From Callorhinchus milii (lineage: Eukaryota): DNA of 64,000 bases. The stretch covers positions 5,024,001 to 5,088,000 of the forward strand of contig NW_024704742.1 of NCBI RefSeq assembly GCF_018977255.1, written 5' to 3'. This document shows positions 35,101-49,700 of this stretch, in pieces. A program made the position numbers and the translations under genes. Under the pieces are notes generated by a model that made no database searches, was not told where the DNA came from, and saw nothing but the letters and a program-made list of their open reading frames with translations. Every line of letters begins with the position of its first letter. Position 1 is the stretch's first letter.

Positions 35101-36591
35101 GCGAATAATGCAATCCACAACAGAGGTACCTAAAGGGGATTGGTAATGGTGGAGGAATTAGCTGTCAAATGTACAGCAGTTTCCTTTAATAACTGCAACG
35201 TATAAATCAAACAGCAAGGCTCTAAGTCTCATTGAGATTAACAACATACTGTACCACTGACGGCAATTATTGTCAAACCTTGGTGGGCACTTAAAAGTAT
35301 ATTTTACAAATACTGAATAAAATATTTCATGGCAACTTTTCATCCTCCATTGCTGACAGGTCATTTAATTATAGCATAATCACTTACTGTAATGCAACCA
35401 AATGCTTCCTGTAAAAAAAACAGCTGATAGGAGATGTGTATGTGGGCTTATAGAGTTAAAACCAATCTTTTGGTGTACGGAAAATACATGGAAACTACCA
35501 ATAAGTTTCGGCCACTTCCGAAGAGAGAAAGAGCCATTGAATTAAAAGGCGGCAGGGAAAGAATACTCTGTTATATCTTTTACATGGAAATATCCCATTT
35601 ATTTTACAATAACTATTAAATATTAGATGGAAATTCACAAAGACCCAAGCAGCTGTGTTTTGCTTCTTGTGTATGAAAGCCAATGTGCAGTTTTTGTTGT
35701 ACAAAAGCTGCCTGTAAATGGAAATCGTCGAACTCATGATGTGGTGGTGATGTTTTCCTGCATCAACCTTTTTTGTTCTTACTATAATAAATGTTAACAG
35801 GAAACCGAATCGGACTCGCAAGTCGTGCAAACTGGGTTTTAACATATTCTAAAAAGCAGCTGTCATCACGCCATAATTTCCCCATCATTACAAATAGCGA
35901 CACAAATGCACCCAATCCAGGACTGACACCTTTCTCCTTGCATTTATATTTTAGCTCCATTTTAGGCCAGGCCTTTTATAAATAATGAGACTTAAAGAGA
36001 CTGTGGAAATTTGGCACAAAGCCTCAAGGTGACACTGATGTGAAGCACAACTGAGTGAATGAAATGATGCCCTGTACTTGTCAGTCCACGCCAGCTATAT
36101 TGGAGCAGAGCCCAAGGTCAGGGTACGTTTGAAATAATGAGGTAAGACAAAAGGAAAGTAGATGTCAAGTATCAGATGTTTTATAATTTGGTTAAATAAA
36201 AGGCCTCAGCCTTTTTTTGATTGAAAATCACACGAAGAGAAGGTGGCATACTTTTATAACAGCTTTCCACGGTATATAGAAAAGGCCAAATGACAATTGG
36301 ACCATTAATGAAGACATACCGTAAACATGAGTCGTGAATACTTTTAATAATGCAGGCGAATTTATACATAGTTTTGGGGGCTTTAATTAGATTACATAAT
36401 ATATGTATAATTTATGATCTACATTCCCCGGCTTTCTGTCCTCTGTTAAGGTTCTTGTGTTATATATCTACCTGCATGTGTTGGATAGACAGTGAAGAGC
36501 TCTCAGGTTATGAGCAACGGTGCTCTTATCCACTAACTTATCGATGGGGGCAGACATTGAATTGGGTTGACCCTGCTGTTTATTGCCCTCT

Positions 36592-36638
36592 TACCCCCAT
36601 ACTTCTCTTACGCCCATACTTCTCTTACACCCATACTT
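36592..36638. repeat. 17-bp tandem repeat (CTTACNCCCATACTTCT) x~3
   Basis: Directly visible. Confidence 0.8.
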
Positions 36639-37039
36639 GACCCTTGCTTCAGGTGGCTTCATTTGAGAGTCAGCAGCCTTAAATTGCACCTCACTTAACC
36701 CGTAATTTACACTTCAATGTCGTGCTGAATTGTGTATATTTTTAGTCTTGGTTCGAAAGTCTGTTTTCCACCGTTCTTGAAAACAAGCGGGTTGAAATTA
36801 AGACTGAAGTTAAGAAATTTCCACAGTTTTGCACAATCTTAAATATTACAATAAAATGGTCTTACAGGTTAAGACTTGGAAGAATTTCGGACCTCAGAGT
36901 TGAACCAGTTTTATCGCTCCTTGTGGGTGTGAGCACAGTGGGTTGCTGAGCTCGCATTCAGTACCACCAGAGCTGAAGGCCAGAACCTTGGTCCAAGTCA
37001 CTCCTTTTCAGTCTACCTCTACTGGAACCCACTGTTCCA

Positions 37040-37233
37040 AAGAAAAACAATAATAATAAATTGGTCATTTTCAATCCATGACTGTTTGTGGGACATTGCT
37101 GTGCGCATTTGGCTGCCGGGTTCGCCCACAAATATACAGTCAATTCACTTTGCAGTATATTCTATGAAGCGCTTTGGGACGTCTAGAAGACGTGAAAAGC
37201 GCTATGTCAAATGCAAGGATTATTATTATTATT
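37040..37233 (+). mobile_element. 5'-truncated SINE
   Basis: TTGGTCATTTTCAATCC...GTGAAAAGCGCTATGTCAAATGCAAGGATTATT. Confidence 0.9.
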
Positions 37234-37909
37234 ACTGTGTCTTCAGAGAGTCAATGAGGATGTCTTGAATATGATGCAATGTTATTGAGCCAGAGTAAAC
37301 ATTGACCCTGATAAGCCATTTCAACTCTATGTCTATTGTTGTGTATACTGCAGACAGAGAATTGGAATGAAAGCTAAGGCCATATCTGATGGGGAAAATA
37401 TGTTGCGGTTTAAACGATAGTAAGCGCACTACGAGCAATTTCTCTTGTGGTCTGGAAACCCGTGCTCTCAGCACAAAGTAGAACAGGAGGCCTGTAGCAC
37501 GGGAGACTGGGTATAGTTGTTCTCGGACACTGAATGATTCCCCACCGAGAGGAAAGGTGAATCAAGATAGAGAGTGTTGCATGCACTAAAGCATTAAACA
37601 ACTAACTGCAGAATGTCACTCCCAGAGACCATGCTATCTGTTCACCTGTATTTTGGGGGATCCCAAATAGAGAAAACAATAAGTTCCAACAAGGTAGGAG
37701 ATCATATATGCTGAATACTGAGACTGCTGTTAATTTTGACAAAGGCAAAGCCAACCAACTCAGGAATAAGCTCCAGTCCAATGTCTTTCTCCCGTGAATA
37801 GGTAAGAATGCAACAGCTGGGACAAATACTCTTAGCACAGCAGTGTTTATTCCTTCTTGGTGTAGCCCGTACATAATGATTAAATCTTATGTATTATGTA
37901 TCATGGATA

Positions 37910-38038
37910 TATTTCACCCACAATATATATACAGTCAATTCAATTTACAGTGTATTCTGTGAAGTGCTTTGAGACGTCTTGAAGACGTGATAAGACGCTA
38001 TATCAAATACAAGGAGCATTATTATTATTATTATTATT
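37910..38038 (+). mobile_element. SINE 3' tail
   Basis: Tail consensus match. Confidence 0.8.
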
Positions 38039-38354
38039 CATCTTAAAGTGGTATTTGTTCAATGGGTAATTCCACCTTTGCAACCTTGAAAAGCTTTGGG
38101 AGTGTTTGATCCAGGTCAGCCTGGCATATTTAGTAGGCACTATATCCACAGCATTAGGGGCTATCTGGAATGCATGGATTATTATGGTGTGATCCAGTTA
38201 TACCCAGATATTTCTTGGTATTCAAGTTTCTCCTGCAGCGTGTGGAATTTATTCTACTTGTGACTGTGGCCTAACCCCCGGTCTAGGTTTGCTCGCAAAT
38301 ACTTTATACTTCAATGCAAGGATTGCTGTTATTTCTGCCTGTCTCTCTTCTCAC

Positions 38355-38466
38355 AATTCGCCCACAAAATACACAGTCACTTCACTTTACAGCATATTCT
38401 GTAAAGCGCTTTGAGACAGATGTGATAAGGCGCTTTATCAAATGCAAGGATTATTATTATTATTAT
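38355..38466 (+). mobile_element. SINE 3' tail
   Basis: Tail consensus match. Confidence 0.8.
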
Positions 38467-38949
38467 AACAGTTTCAGATTACTTTGACATTTCTAAACAA
38501 TCGTCTAATGATGAATGGACAATTGGTTAAATCTCTAATACTACAGCTCCAATCAAACACAACATGTTTATGTTTTAAAACTATGTTTTTCTACGAATAC
38601 TGAGGGGCACTACTGAGGGGAAAAGACACCATTTTAAAAGGATTCGTGTTGGATGGAGACAGGTTATGGGAAAATCCACGACCTAAGAGAAAACTTACAG
38701 AGAAGAACTGCTGTGATTTTAACAATTACAATAAGAATTGGCAGTGGATTGAAGTACTCTACTTACTTTGTTTACCTTCTCATTTTAGCTTGTTCTTGCC
38801 TTTTAACCATTTAGTTCTCTTCTTCTTTCTTCCTAAAGCCTACAAACTGAGGCAAATGTGTCAACTTAAAAGCTCCGATGCACTGCGAGCGATAAAGAAT
38901 GACAACTTTAGAATTCAGCAATCTCGTTACACGTGGAATTTATCTCAGT

Positions 38950-39250
38950 TGTGACTTGGGCTCCATGTTGGTCCCTGAGGTAGAGGTTGACCCTCCAGTG
39001 CAATACTTGGGGAAGGGTTGACTTGTCCTTCGGATGAACTGTAAAACTGAGGTCCGTTTGCCTGCTCAGGTGGATATTAAAATTCCAATGAGACTATTCA
39101 AAAGGAAAAGAGACTTTCTCCTGGTGTCCTGGCCTATATTCCCGCAGATTGAGGTATTTACCACATGGCTCTTTGTGGGACCTTCGCTGGCATAAACGTC
39201 TGCTGTGTTCACCCATAAGAACTAAGTCACCACACTTGACAGCAATGAAG
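38950..39250 (+). mobile_element. Old DeuSINE (SacSINE1-like)
   Basis: GTCCTTCGGATGA...TGAGGTCCGTTTGCCTGCTCAGGTGGATATTAAA...CCTGGTGTCCTGGCC Deu domain. Confidence 0.75.
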
Positions 39251-40016
39251 CTCGTTTTGCTGTGATAAATGTTACTAACAAACAAGTGTTTTGTTCTGTA
39301 ATTTTCTCTTCCACTATAGTTTAAAATTCTATCGCAATGGCAACAGAGCTGAGAACCCGACTCCTTCACGACCGCTAATGATTGTACAGCAGGCTGACGC
39401 TTTTGAAGGCCTTGGGCTAAGTCCATCTCTGTTAGTTTGCTACCAATTCTAAGCAAGGCTGATTTTTCTATATTCTTTAGAAATAATCCATTCCTGGTTC
39501 ACTCTGGCTTCAACAGCACTTTCGATCATGCTGCAGAGAAGGGAGTATTTTAAACCTGACATTGGGACCAACACTTTCTCTCAATCTATGGGAATAAAGA
39601 ATGGCAATAAGCACCTGATCAGGGAATCAAAATTAAACAGGTTAAAAAGGGTGCAAACCACTCAAATTGCCAAGGAGGGTGGTTGAGGCCAGGACACTGG
39701 CTAATTTAAAAATAATAACTTGGTGCGATGATGAGACCACCTGAAGGGAGGAGGTTGGGTATTCTGCAAGGATGAGATCAGACGGGCCGAAGGACCTTCT
39801 TCATCTGAATGAATGCTGCGATTTTATGAGCCCAAGGTAACAGTAAACCTTTTAGAATTCAGCAATCTCCTGCTATATACGGAATTCATTCCACCTGCGA
39901 TAATCAGCAGATTCACTTTACGTGGGTTTGGAACGTCAGCTGAGATGGGGAGATGGGGGAGGGAGAGACGCATGAAATAACTTCAGTACAGCAATGGGAG
40001 GGGAGGCTTACAGTTG

Positions 40017-41166
40017 TTTATTGTAATCAGCAATGGCACACCGTGACTTTTCGAGTTCCATTGTCAGTATGGCCGTGCCGATGGTAAGAGTTACTGTACT
40101 GTAGCACTTACCACTTAACAGTTTGTTTCAGCACGTAACTGCTTGAATGCAGTTACTCCAGTAGTTTTGACACCGCAACGTCATTTTACAGCATGTCAGC
40201 ATCGTCACCTGTGTGAACTGCCTAAGACTTCAGATTCCACACAGTAGCTGAGAGAACAGGACCACGGATTTCCTTTGACCTCAGCGCCTTGGGACATCCT
40301 CCCGACTTGAAAGGCCCCTGTACAAATGTAATTTGTTGTTGTTTTGTTGACCTCGGTATTTGCTGGGGATGAGGTGTGTGTGTGGGGGGGGGGGATCAAA
40401 CCCTTCATTTTAAACTGGTTTAATTTATCAGAGAAGCCTTGACTTTTTTAAAAAAAAACATCCATCCCATTTATTGGCTTTCTCTGAACTCCCATATTGT
40501 TTGGCAGCACTGAGATGAGATCTCGACATTTTAGTTTTAATGGCTCCCACCCTTATTGTCCACCTCGGACTTGATCCGCCAGTCCACAGCGGTTTGCCAT
40601 TTCGCTCCTTGCAACTCATCATGGTTTAAACGAAAATGCTACGTGACACAAAATGAAAACAAACTTTTCTTTAGTCTGAAAATAAAAGGCATGGCGAGAT
40701 ATCCCGTTGGCATGTTAAACTGTACAAAAAATATATTTATTATTAAGCCACTGTATTAAACATAAATAATCACCAAGGTCAGAGTGAGGAAGGGGGAATC
40801 TGTTGAATGTGGGGTGTAATATACTGGATGCACTACTGTGTATCGTGTTTTGCTTGCTTTAGAGGGAGGAAGAATCAGAATACTTCAGTAGATTGAGAAC
40901 GTACGTGCTGGTTACGGTTTTCATTCGCAGCTAAGTGGGTCAGGAGCCAAACAGGTTTTAAGAAACATATTCTATTCATGCAACAGTGCAGCTGCAGCAC
41001 ACAATATATTTCATAGTGTTGACAACATCAGTCTTGCGTGTGGAACTGATCTCCATTGAGCTGAAATATAAATATAGTGACGTGTTGATGGTCAGCCCAA
41101 TCCATCCAGTTTAGTTAGTTGCTAACTATCCCATCCATAGGAAGGAAGCCAGGCTAGGATACGATC
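40017..41166 (-). other. SHB: Putative SHB 3' UTR with candidate AATAAA signals at 40736-40741, 40470-40475 and 40017-40022
   Basis: Mostly repeat-poor sequence directly after the stop; TTTATT on + strand at these positions. The true 3' end cannot be determined. Confidence 0.45.
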
Positions 41167-41350
41167 TTATAGCGTTCGGACTATCACAGGGTAGAGTAGT
41201 GACAAATGTTCCGCTCCTTTAATTGGCAGCTTTCTCGTGGTGTAGAAGTGAATGACCTCAGGGACACTGTCAAACGGAGGGCTGTTCTGCCCCAAGATGT
41301 ATTTGTCTTTGGCTTTGGTCAATTTCATGTGCATGAAGCCTTGGCTGCTC
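41167..41350 (-). CDS. SHB: SHB last coding exon (C-terminal half of SH2 domain and stop)
   Basis: Acceptor ttgcttatttacag|G; AA+G reconstitutes Lys in frame with the previous exon. Encodes SSQGFMHMKLTKAKDKYILGQNSPPFDSVPEVIHFYTTRKLPIKGAEHLSLLYPVIVRTL-TAA; the ending LLYPVxVRTL fits SHB rather than SHD/SHE/SHF. Confidence 0.95.
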
Positions 41351-42329
41351 CTGTAAATAAGCAAAGAGGCACATTACAACCAAAACGGACCCCAAGTCAC
41401 TGAAACGCATAACTAAGTGTCAATGAATAGGTTCAGTTTTATTCTCCAGTGATTCTCCAGTCCCTGGAACAGCAGGATAACTGCAGGCTTGGTAATTAGA
41501 GCTGGAGCTGAAAGCATCAATTTAAATTTCAATTCCATATCAGGAATGAATCGCTTTTAGAAGATAATTACTTTGTAAAGTGTTTCACCTTCCGGCAAAG
41601 GGCAGTGTTTCCCAGCACCGTATAGCGGCAGTGGGAAGAGCACAATGCTGCTCGCTTATCCTCTCCAGGGCTTCTTCTGTGCAGAAAAATGGAATAAGGC
41701 AATGCCCAGAAGACTGATGTTTGAACACCAAACATGAAAGCTTCTCACATCGTGAAATTTGTGCCAATCTCAGTATAAAATCTATTTTAAACTGGCCAGG
41801 AAATGAAACAAATCAAGTCAGATTTTAATGCATCTATTCTCAGTGGTGGCCAAGTCAATAGAGCACTATTAAATTACTGAATAAAACTACCCTGAATTAG
41901 AATGAAACATGGCTTTGTTTTGTTCAGGAAACCCGAGAAGAGCAAACTGGCACAGCAGAGCACTCAGGCAGGGCTGTAAAGCTAACACTTGTTCTGAATG
42001 TTATTTACGCATTATTTACATGGGAATAGAAAGAAAAGAATAATTCAGAATAGAATTAGAGACAGAATAAAGGTAATACACTTTTATATTACTAGTTTGC
42101 CACTGTAAGCAACTAGTAGTGTACAAGCGCTGGTAACTATTGCAATGATGTTCTCGCAATCATTTGTTTCTGTGACGCTACGAGGTCTGCAATGGTAACA
42201 GAATCATGAGAAAAGCCATGAGTCAAATCACTTGATTTTCAGCCCCATCTCCTGGTCTCCCTTTACCGTTATGGGTGTCGAGTTGACCGATCTTGCTGCA
42301 TTGTATTTATTTATTATTGTATTTATTTG

Positions 42330-42526
42330 AAAAAAGATAATAATTGGGTCACGCAATCCACGACTGTCTGTGGGACGCCGCTGTGCGCAATTGTCTGCTG
42401 CGTTTCGCCCACAACATATACAGTCACTCCACTTGACAGTATGTTCTGTGAAGCGCTTTGAGGCGTCTTGAAGACGTGATAAGGTGCTCTATCAAATGCA
42501 AGGATTATTATTATTATTATTATTAT
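42330..42526 (+). mobile_element. 5'-truncated SINE
   Basis: AATCCACGACTGTCTGTGGGACG...GGATTATTATT. Confidence 0.9.
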
Positions 42527-42949
42527 ATTTATATTTGATACTTATGCAAAGCTATACTTCCAGACAGGCCCAGAATGTCATTTGCTGCACAGTCTCTGGT
42601 GGTCACAAGCGAAAGTGTGGAACTCCAGAACGCAAAGTAAAAGCTGTATTGGGGGCACTGGAATAAGCTTAGAAACTCTGTAGTTTAGGTAAGATAGTTG
42701 CTTCACACTGATTCCGAGTCGAAGTGCCATCCGTACACATTTCTGCTGATTGGGACGTCTGCTTGATAAGGACGGTAACTTTCCAGACGAGCAGAATTTC
42801 AACCCCAATGCTCAAAACTGACACCTCTGTGAGAAGCTCTCCCGTCAATGTCTTCTCTCTCCTGCAGGTCAGACCTCCTCACCCGACCCGATCGCTGTCT
42901 TAAGACTTGTTCTCTAAGGCGCAACTTAGGTGTCAGGTTCGACCCCCAG

Positions 42950-43140
42950 CTATCCTTCGGTACCCCACATCCTCACTCCAAAAGCTGCTGAAACCCTCGT
43001 CCACTCCTTCGTCACCTCAGCACCCGGCACCCCTCCTTATCTCTCCTCACACCACCACCACCTGCTCCCTCCGCTCGACTGGCTCCAGCCTCCTCCTTGT
43101 CCCCCAGACCCTCTGCCCCACCATTGGCGGCCGTGCTATG
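42950..43140 (+). mobile_element. Degenerate, internally deleted L2 fragment
   Basis: LTPKAAETLVHSFVTS and TIGGRA motifs. Confidence 0.65.
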
Positions 43141-46100
43141 CCCCGAAGCTGTTAACCTCGGACGCTGGATGAATTGGACAAAACATCTGGCCCTGATGTT
43201 TGTACACACTCGGGCTTTCTGCATCACAAGTGGCTCCAGGATGGAGATGGGAGAGTTCAAACTGCGATTGATTGACAGACAGACAGACAGACATTTCATC
43301 TTTATCTATACTCATCTGGGAGGACTCCTGTGGGGGAACTCAGTGGGAGGATTCGGCGTTTTAAAAATGTAAATTTTCTAGTTGCCGCAGCTTAGCTTTG
43401 TTTGTGTAGTGTATTTTGTTCCCACCGCTTAGGTGGATACATGGTCTGTGATGCACGATGCCACAGCACCACTTTGACTCACTGGCCACCAAGTGTAGCT
43501 GCAGCGAAAAACGCAAAACTGAAAATAACTCATGAACTATAGGAGATACCCGAAAACAAATATGGCCATGTCATTCCCAGATGCAAGACCTTTCCGATGA
43601 GGTATGCATCACGTCTCTACATCAATCAGGTATTGAGATCCTTCTTGAAGCAGACAAACATTGTCATTTTATTAGTATAGATATATAATACTGTGCTTCT
43701 AATTGCAACTAACCAATAGACCTACTAGTACTTGTTATTAATCCACTAACTTTCAATCAGTTTAATAAAGTACAGCCAAATCTGTAAATTATTTACTTTA
43801 CAGTGATTTTGTGGGGGTTAATTAACCAATCTGAAGACTACTTTTTGCAAACAAATTTCAGCTATAAAATTCCCCTCTTTGCTTTTGTTTTAATGATTAA
43901 TACACCAGCAGGTTGAGCGACAACCTCTGATCCTTCAATGGAAATACAACAAAGTGTTACATTATTCATACTGAATAACCAATTATTAGCAGTTTCTATG
44001 ATAGCCTTTAGCAGTTTAGTGCTTAACAGGAGACCTGAAACTAAGTTCCCTCTTCACAAGTTAAACAAAGACTTTCTTGAAAACGAATCTCCTCGTTTCC
44101 ACAGAGGAGTTGCTTTTAAACATGTGGCCCAACTCACGCAACATCTGCACGTTTCTAATTAAATTAAGCAGTTTCATGTATCACAGGAATACTCTGACTA
44201 AATCTATTGGCCTTCAGTTCCATTGCCAGAAGTCCCCCACGAAGCAACCAGTAAATTCTGTAATTGTGTAACCTCCTTTTCCCCATTTCTGAAAATCATA
44301 CAAAGAGTGTTTCACTGCAGAGAGTTACCGGTGATTACTGCTGCAGGTACATATACATCTGAGAGATTCTGTAATAATGTTCACAAGCAAGCTATAGAGG
44401 TTAAGTGCTTTGAGACGTCTCGAAGACGTGAAAGGCGCTATGTCAAATGCAAGGGTTATTATGATTAATAATTCTCAGCGGTTCTATAGTTAAGAACATA
44501 AAAATGTAAGAATTTGCAAGGTGAAAGAAGACTGAAGTCCATCTAGTTTGCCTTCCACCTTCCTGGCAGTCGCTTGACATGTCCTGTCCCAAACTATATC
44601 TATATAAAGCTATATAAATGTATAGTTCTGAGTGTTGGCACAGGACTGCTCTTGCACAGCCTCTGGAGAATGCTGGTGGAAAGTTTTTCCAGACCAAAAC
44701 TAACTGGAATAGCATGGTTGGTGTTTACTGAGGAGTATCAGTGTGTTACTGTACTGCAGACCAGGCTAATCCAAGGTGAATGTCAAATAGCTGTGATGAA
44801 ACATTCTTCAGAAAACTTTATAAGCCATCTCATATCAAAGTTTAATGGTAACCAAGTGCCCATTAGTGTGGAAGTCTTTAGGTCATAAATAAATCTTGCA
44901 ATTGATATAATGTCAAAACATCTCAAAGCACTTCACAGGTGATTCCTATCAAGAGTCGAAACTGTATTTATAAGCAAATTGAGTAGTCAATTTGAACACA
45001 GTGACTACCCACAAAATGAATGACCATTTTATAATACCAATATTAACCCTTGATTTTGATACTGTGCCTTATCATCTCTTTGATGCCTCTCAAAGCGCTT
45101 CACAGAATGGTATGTTTACGGTATTTAAAGTGAATTGGCAGACCTGTTTTTGAACGTTTACACTTTTTTGAAAAATAAAAAGTTAAGTCTTAAATTAATG
45201 TTTTTGAAATTCTGGAGGGTGTGTGTATGTGTATGTGTGTGGGGGGGGGGGGGGAGGTCATATTCCCTCGTTCCCCACCCGTAGGTTCTGGAGAATATGC
45301 CCTCTCCGCCACCACAACCCCCAAGCCTGCTTTCCAGCCAGGGACCGATGATACCAGTGTCCTGTGCTGATCCTGAGCTTGCTGACGCTCATTTCATTCG
45401 AGTCTCACTCAAAAACAATGGCCAATAAGGTGAGCTATTCTGGAAGATGGCTGGTGAGTGTAGAACCAACGGGAGCTCAGGCTCAAGTGTAGACATCTCA
45501 CCTGGATCTCGACTTTTTCCTTAGTATTTCAGAGGGTGCAAATTTTGGACATTTCCTAAATTCAAGATAATGTACAGTGTTGAACTGTAATACATATTTT
45601 TTTCTTCTCCCACAAGATCCATACTGGTCCTTGGTTGTCAATAAACAGATCTGTTTAGGTCAGAACTCACAAGACTCGGGGTCTATTGTACAGCTGGTTG
45701 CACGTGTACAGAGCTGCCCAGCACAGGGGAGACAGATTCATGAATGAAGGTACAAATATAATTCATGAGAATGTGAAAGGGAATCACAGTTCATTCCTGC
45801 TACATAAGGTACATTAGCAAATTTGCACTGGAGAGAGATTTGTGGATTCCGTGCAATGACTATGACAATGTCCGTGCTGAACACAGTTTGACATATTGGG
45901 AGTTGTGCTGTATGTATATAAATGTTTTTGCAGTAAATCCAAGCTTAAAAAGTGCCCTATATTCCAAGTGCACATTCTCTCTTCAAACAAACTTTAATAC
46001 ATTGCCTGAATACATTATTTGTCCATGAAACTATGATGCAGCTATTGAATTGGTCCAACACACATTAGTCTCTGTAGTTTCTGACTTCATATCAATGAGA

Positions 46101-46679
46101 ATATTTACAGAACCGGAATGTAAAGGTTGGGTGAGGGAGCGGGTGCCCATTATTCAATACTCAGAGGTTACTTTATTGGCCAAGTGAGTGATTCGTTGGC
46201 GGGAAGGAGTGAACAGACTTGTGCATCATTTTGTGTCTGACAACAGTTCTCTAAGGGACAATTAGCACATTCCCATCACTGGCAGGCAAAGTGCAAACCT
46301 GATGTGATTCTGAGTGGCGCGATGTAAGCCTACTGTCAAGACTGCAGAGTCCACTAGTACACGTCTTGTCAAGTGCTGTCCACCAAGCAGTAGCCAAGGC
46401 ATCTATCACAGAGCATCAGATGCCATTGCCGACCACCAACAGACAAGATTGCTACAGCAGAAACCTCTCATATCTGCTGCCTAGCCAGGGATTATGTCAA
46501 TCAGAGCTCAAGTGATACATAAATAAGTACATAAAGGGTCACACAATACTTTCAGAGGAGCAGACAGGAGCTTTTTTTTCCAGGCGTGAGGATTGGTTGG
46601 ATTGAGTGGTGCCTCTTGCTGCAGGAGCTGACGCTGTGTCATCCAGGCTTTTAGCAATAAAGTATAGGATTTATTTCCC

Positions 46680-46826
46680 ATAGAAGAACATATGGGGAGG
46701 ACAAGTTTGCAGGGCTATGGGGAGAGAGCGGGGGAGTGGGATTCATTTCGACAGCTCTTTTAAAGAGCTGGCACAGACACGATCGGCCGAATGGCCTCCT
46801 TCTGCGCTGTATAATTCCATGATTCT
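46680..46826 (+). mobile_element. CR1-type 3' end
   Basis: GGGCTATGGGGAGAGAGCGGGG...GGCCGAATGGCCTCCTTCTGCGCTGTA...TGATTCTA. Confidence 0.75.
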
Positions 46827-49094
46827 AAGACCACTAATGAGATAACACAACACATCCTGCATATTTTTTAGATTATTGCCATGTGAAGCGAACATTTTTG
46901 TAGGTAAAACTGGCAGCTATTCGTACCAGCAAGATCCCGCAAATACACCATGTGGTGAATAACCAAATCATCTGGAGGAATGCTGGTCAAGACTGCAGAA
47001 GGAACTCCCTCCTTTTATTGAATACTCTCATGAGATCTTGAAACGACAACTCAACACCTCAAATAATGACTGACCCTGACAATGCAATGCTCCCCCCAAG
47101 TTGTGTCCGTGCTGTCTCCCTCAAGTGCAGTCCCATCACCGATGAGGTAAGGAACCTGTCTCTTTTCATTTCATTGAAAGTCAGATATGAGGTAGAAGCA
47201 ACAACAACGACAAACTACATTTGTACAGTGCTTTTCCGTTGGGGAGGACGCCCCAAGACAAGCAGTACGGACACAGGCTACCACAGGCTGAACTTACCAC
47301 AAAACTCACAAGGAGGTCAAGGGGTTCAAGATCTTCCTTTCCAGCTGAGCCGCAACCAAACTGGCTGCTTAAATTATTGATGGCAAACGTAACTTTTACA
47401 TGCTATGAAAAACAAAGGGCAACTACACACGCAGTGGGATTTGCGTGCGAGTGGCTGTGCCTTTACAATCTACAAAATAAATTGCTAACAGGCCGTTTTC
47501 AAGAAATGAAAATAGAAGAAGACAGAAATGTGTAAACAGGTTCATTTACGTCTGAACTAGAAAGATCGTTTGAAGCATTTGTGCTTCCTCGTCACTTCTA
47601 TTTTTTTTACTTCTGATATCCAGCATTTAAGATTGTTTTTTTGCAGCCGGGATATTTGTAAGGTTCAACCATTCATAGACTATCTTCCAGGAATTGCTCT
47701 CAGTCACTGTTCCGTGCTCTGTGGGCAATGTGCTGTTAACCAGTGCGTCAGCACAAGTTAGTCAGTATGGGATTGCTGTGCAAAACAAGATGACAATTTA
47801 GTGGAGGTAAAGGCATAACGTTTCAGTTGAGTTGAATGAGTTACAGAGAAAGCATCCTGGTCTCATTTAAGAAACAGTTTGATGCTGTAATGGAACAGTG
47901 AAAGCAAAGGGGCCAAAGGGACTTCTTTATCCAAACCTCCCTTGTGATTGTGCTGCATGTGGCAAACCAAACTTATTTGTGCAAGCAAGAATTTTTTTTC
48001 CACCTGATTACAATAAATCCAGAGTAATAGTTGCAACTGAGTATAAGATTTAACTCTGATTCTGATACTGGCGGACAGCCAATAACGGATCTCTCATATG
48101 TTACACCATTACAGTCTGAGAGTCTTAAACACCTGCATCCAATGTGTAGTTTCACACTCGATTTTATAGTGGCAATTTCTTCCTCATGTGTTTAACAGTA
48201 AAACACCAGACCTGACCATGTACAATATGATGGATAAGGAAAGAAACCGACGAGAATATCTTGAACGGTAATATTTTTGATGAAGGAATGTTTAAAAGGC
48301 CCTCAGTTTTGGAAGCTTTTTTTTCTTGTTAAGGCATTGATTTGTTCACTGGCCCTGGAAAATGCTCGAATTATGTAACAGCTGGTAAAGGGACCTATGA
48401 TGTAATTTGTGTTTTCCACATGGAAGCCCTGTAAATCAGTCTGATTTGTGAGACCTTGCCCCCCAAGGAGACCTCGGGTTGTCGCTGAAGTCGTGTGAGT
48501 CAGTGAGATCCATGGGGGAAGTTCCCTGCAGAATACACCCTTTTATGCCTTTTCCATGCAATGCACATTTCAAATGCCTTTTCAGCTTTAATAGAAAAAA
48601 ATTGTTTCGTGTTCAGTTGATGTCTGATTTCCTAAGTCCGAATAAACAAGACGAGGCTGGTTCCGTGCTTAATCTTTAAAAATGATGTTCAAATCGCGGC
48701 TTATATTTATGTTCGATAGAAACGATTTCAAATTAAAGCATGGCACTAATTAACAAGCTTTTAGGTCAATGAGAACTAGCACTGAAGATAACTCAAAATT
48801 AGCCTCAGCAGAGATATGGCAATACATCGGTGTGACATTTCTCTCAGTCAGTTACATTACCTTTCCAGCTGAGGCCAGAGAAGATGTAAAGTCTGTGCAG
48901 TGACCACTGGAGATTGGATTTAAATAACAAAAGCCCATGTCACTCGGTATCTTGTACGCCTAACAAAGAGAGGGAGTCAACTTAATCTCACTGGTCTGGC
49001 TTGGATTGCAAGCCTGGCTGCAGTATTGAAAAGTCAGCATTCTCCACGTATGGATACTCAGCCCCTTCAGGTCTCTTTTAATGGGTTTCTGCCA

Positions 49095-49265
49095 ATTTAG
49101 TCACTCAATCCACGACTGTTTGTGGGACGCTGCTGTGCGCAGTTGGCTGCCGTGTTTCGACCACAAAATATACAGTCAATCCACTTTACAGTATATTCTG
49201 TGAAGCGATTTGAGATGTCTCGAAGACGTGCAAAGGTGCTATATCAAATGCAAGGATTATTATTA
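49095..49265 (+). mobile_element. 5'-truncated SINE
   Basis: Body and tail consensus match. Confidence 0.9.
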
Positions 49266-49299
49266 AGAGGGATAACTACAGGAGTGTTCTTCATAAGAG

Positions 49300-49700
49300 G
49301 CCAGATCATGCTCATTCCTCATTTCCTTGGTTTAGAAGATTGTGGGTTCAAAGCCCACATCAGGATTTCAGCTCCTAGTCCAGACTGACACTCCAGTGTA
49401 ATACTAGGAAGTGTCATTTCAGATGAGATGTTGAACTGAGGTCCTGTTTGACTGTTCTTCAGTTGGACGTTGTAGATCCCATGGCAGTGTTCAAAGAGGG
49501 AAGAATTTCTCCCGGTGTGCTTGACAACAATTCTCTTGATTAATTTGTTATTCACCTCACGGCTCTTTGTAAAAGTATGTTGGCACAAAAGCTGCCGTGA
49601 TTTCTACAAATACAGTCAGTACATTTTCCAGTAATTATCTGTGATGTGCGTTGAAACCTTTCAAAGCAATAAGGTGCTATAACAATGCAAGTTCTTTTCT
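49300..49700 (+). mobile_element. Old near full-length DeuSINE
   Basis: AGAAGATTGTGGGTTCAAAGCCCAC...TTTCAGATGAGATGTTGAACTGAGG...GATCCCATGGCA...ATGCAAGTTCTTTTCT. Confidence 0.8.
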
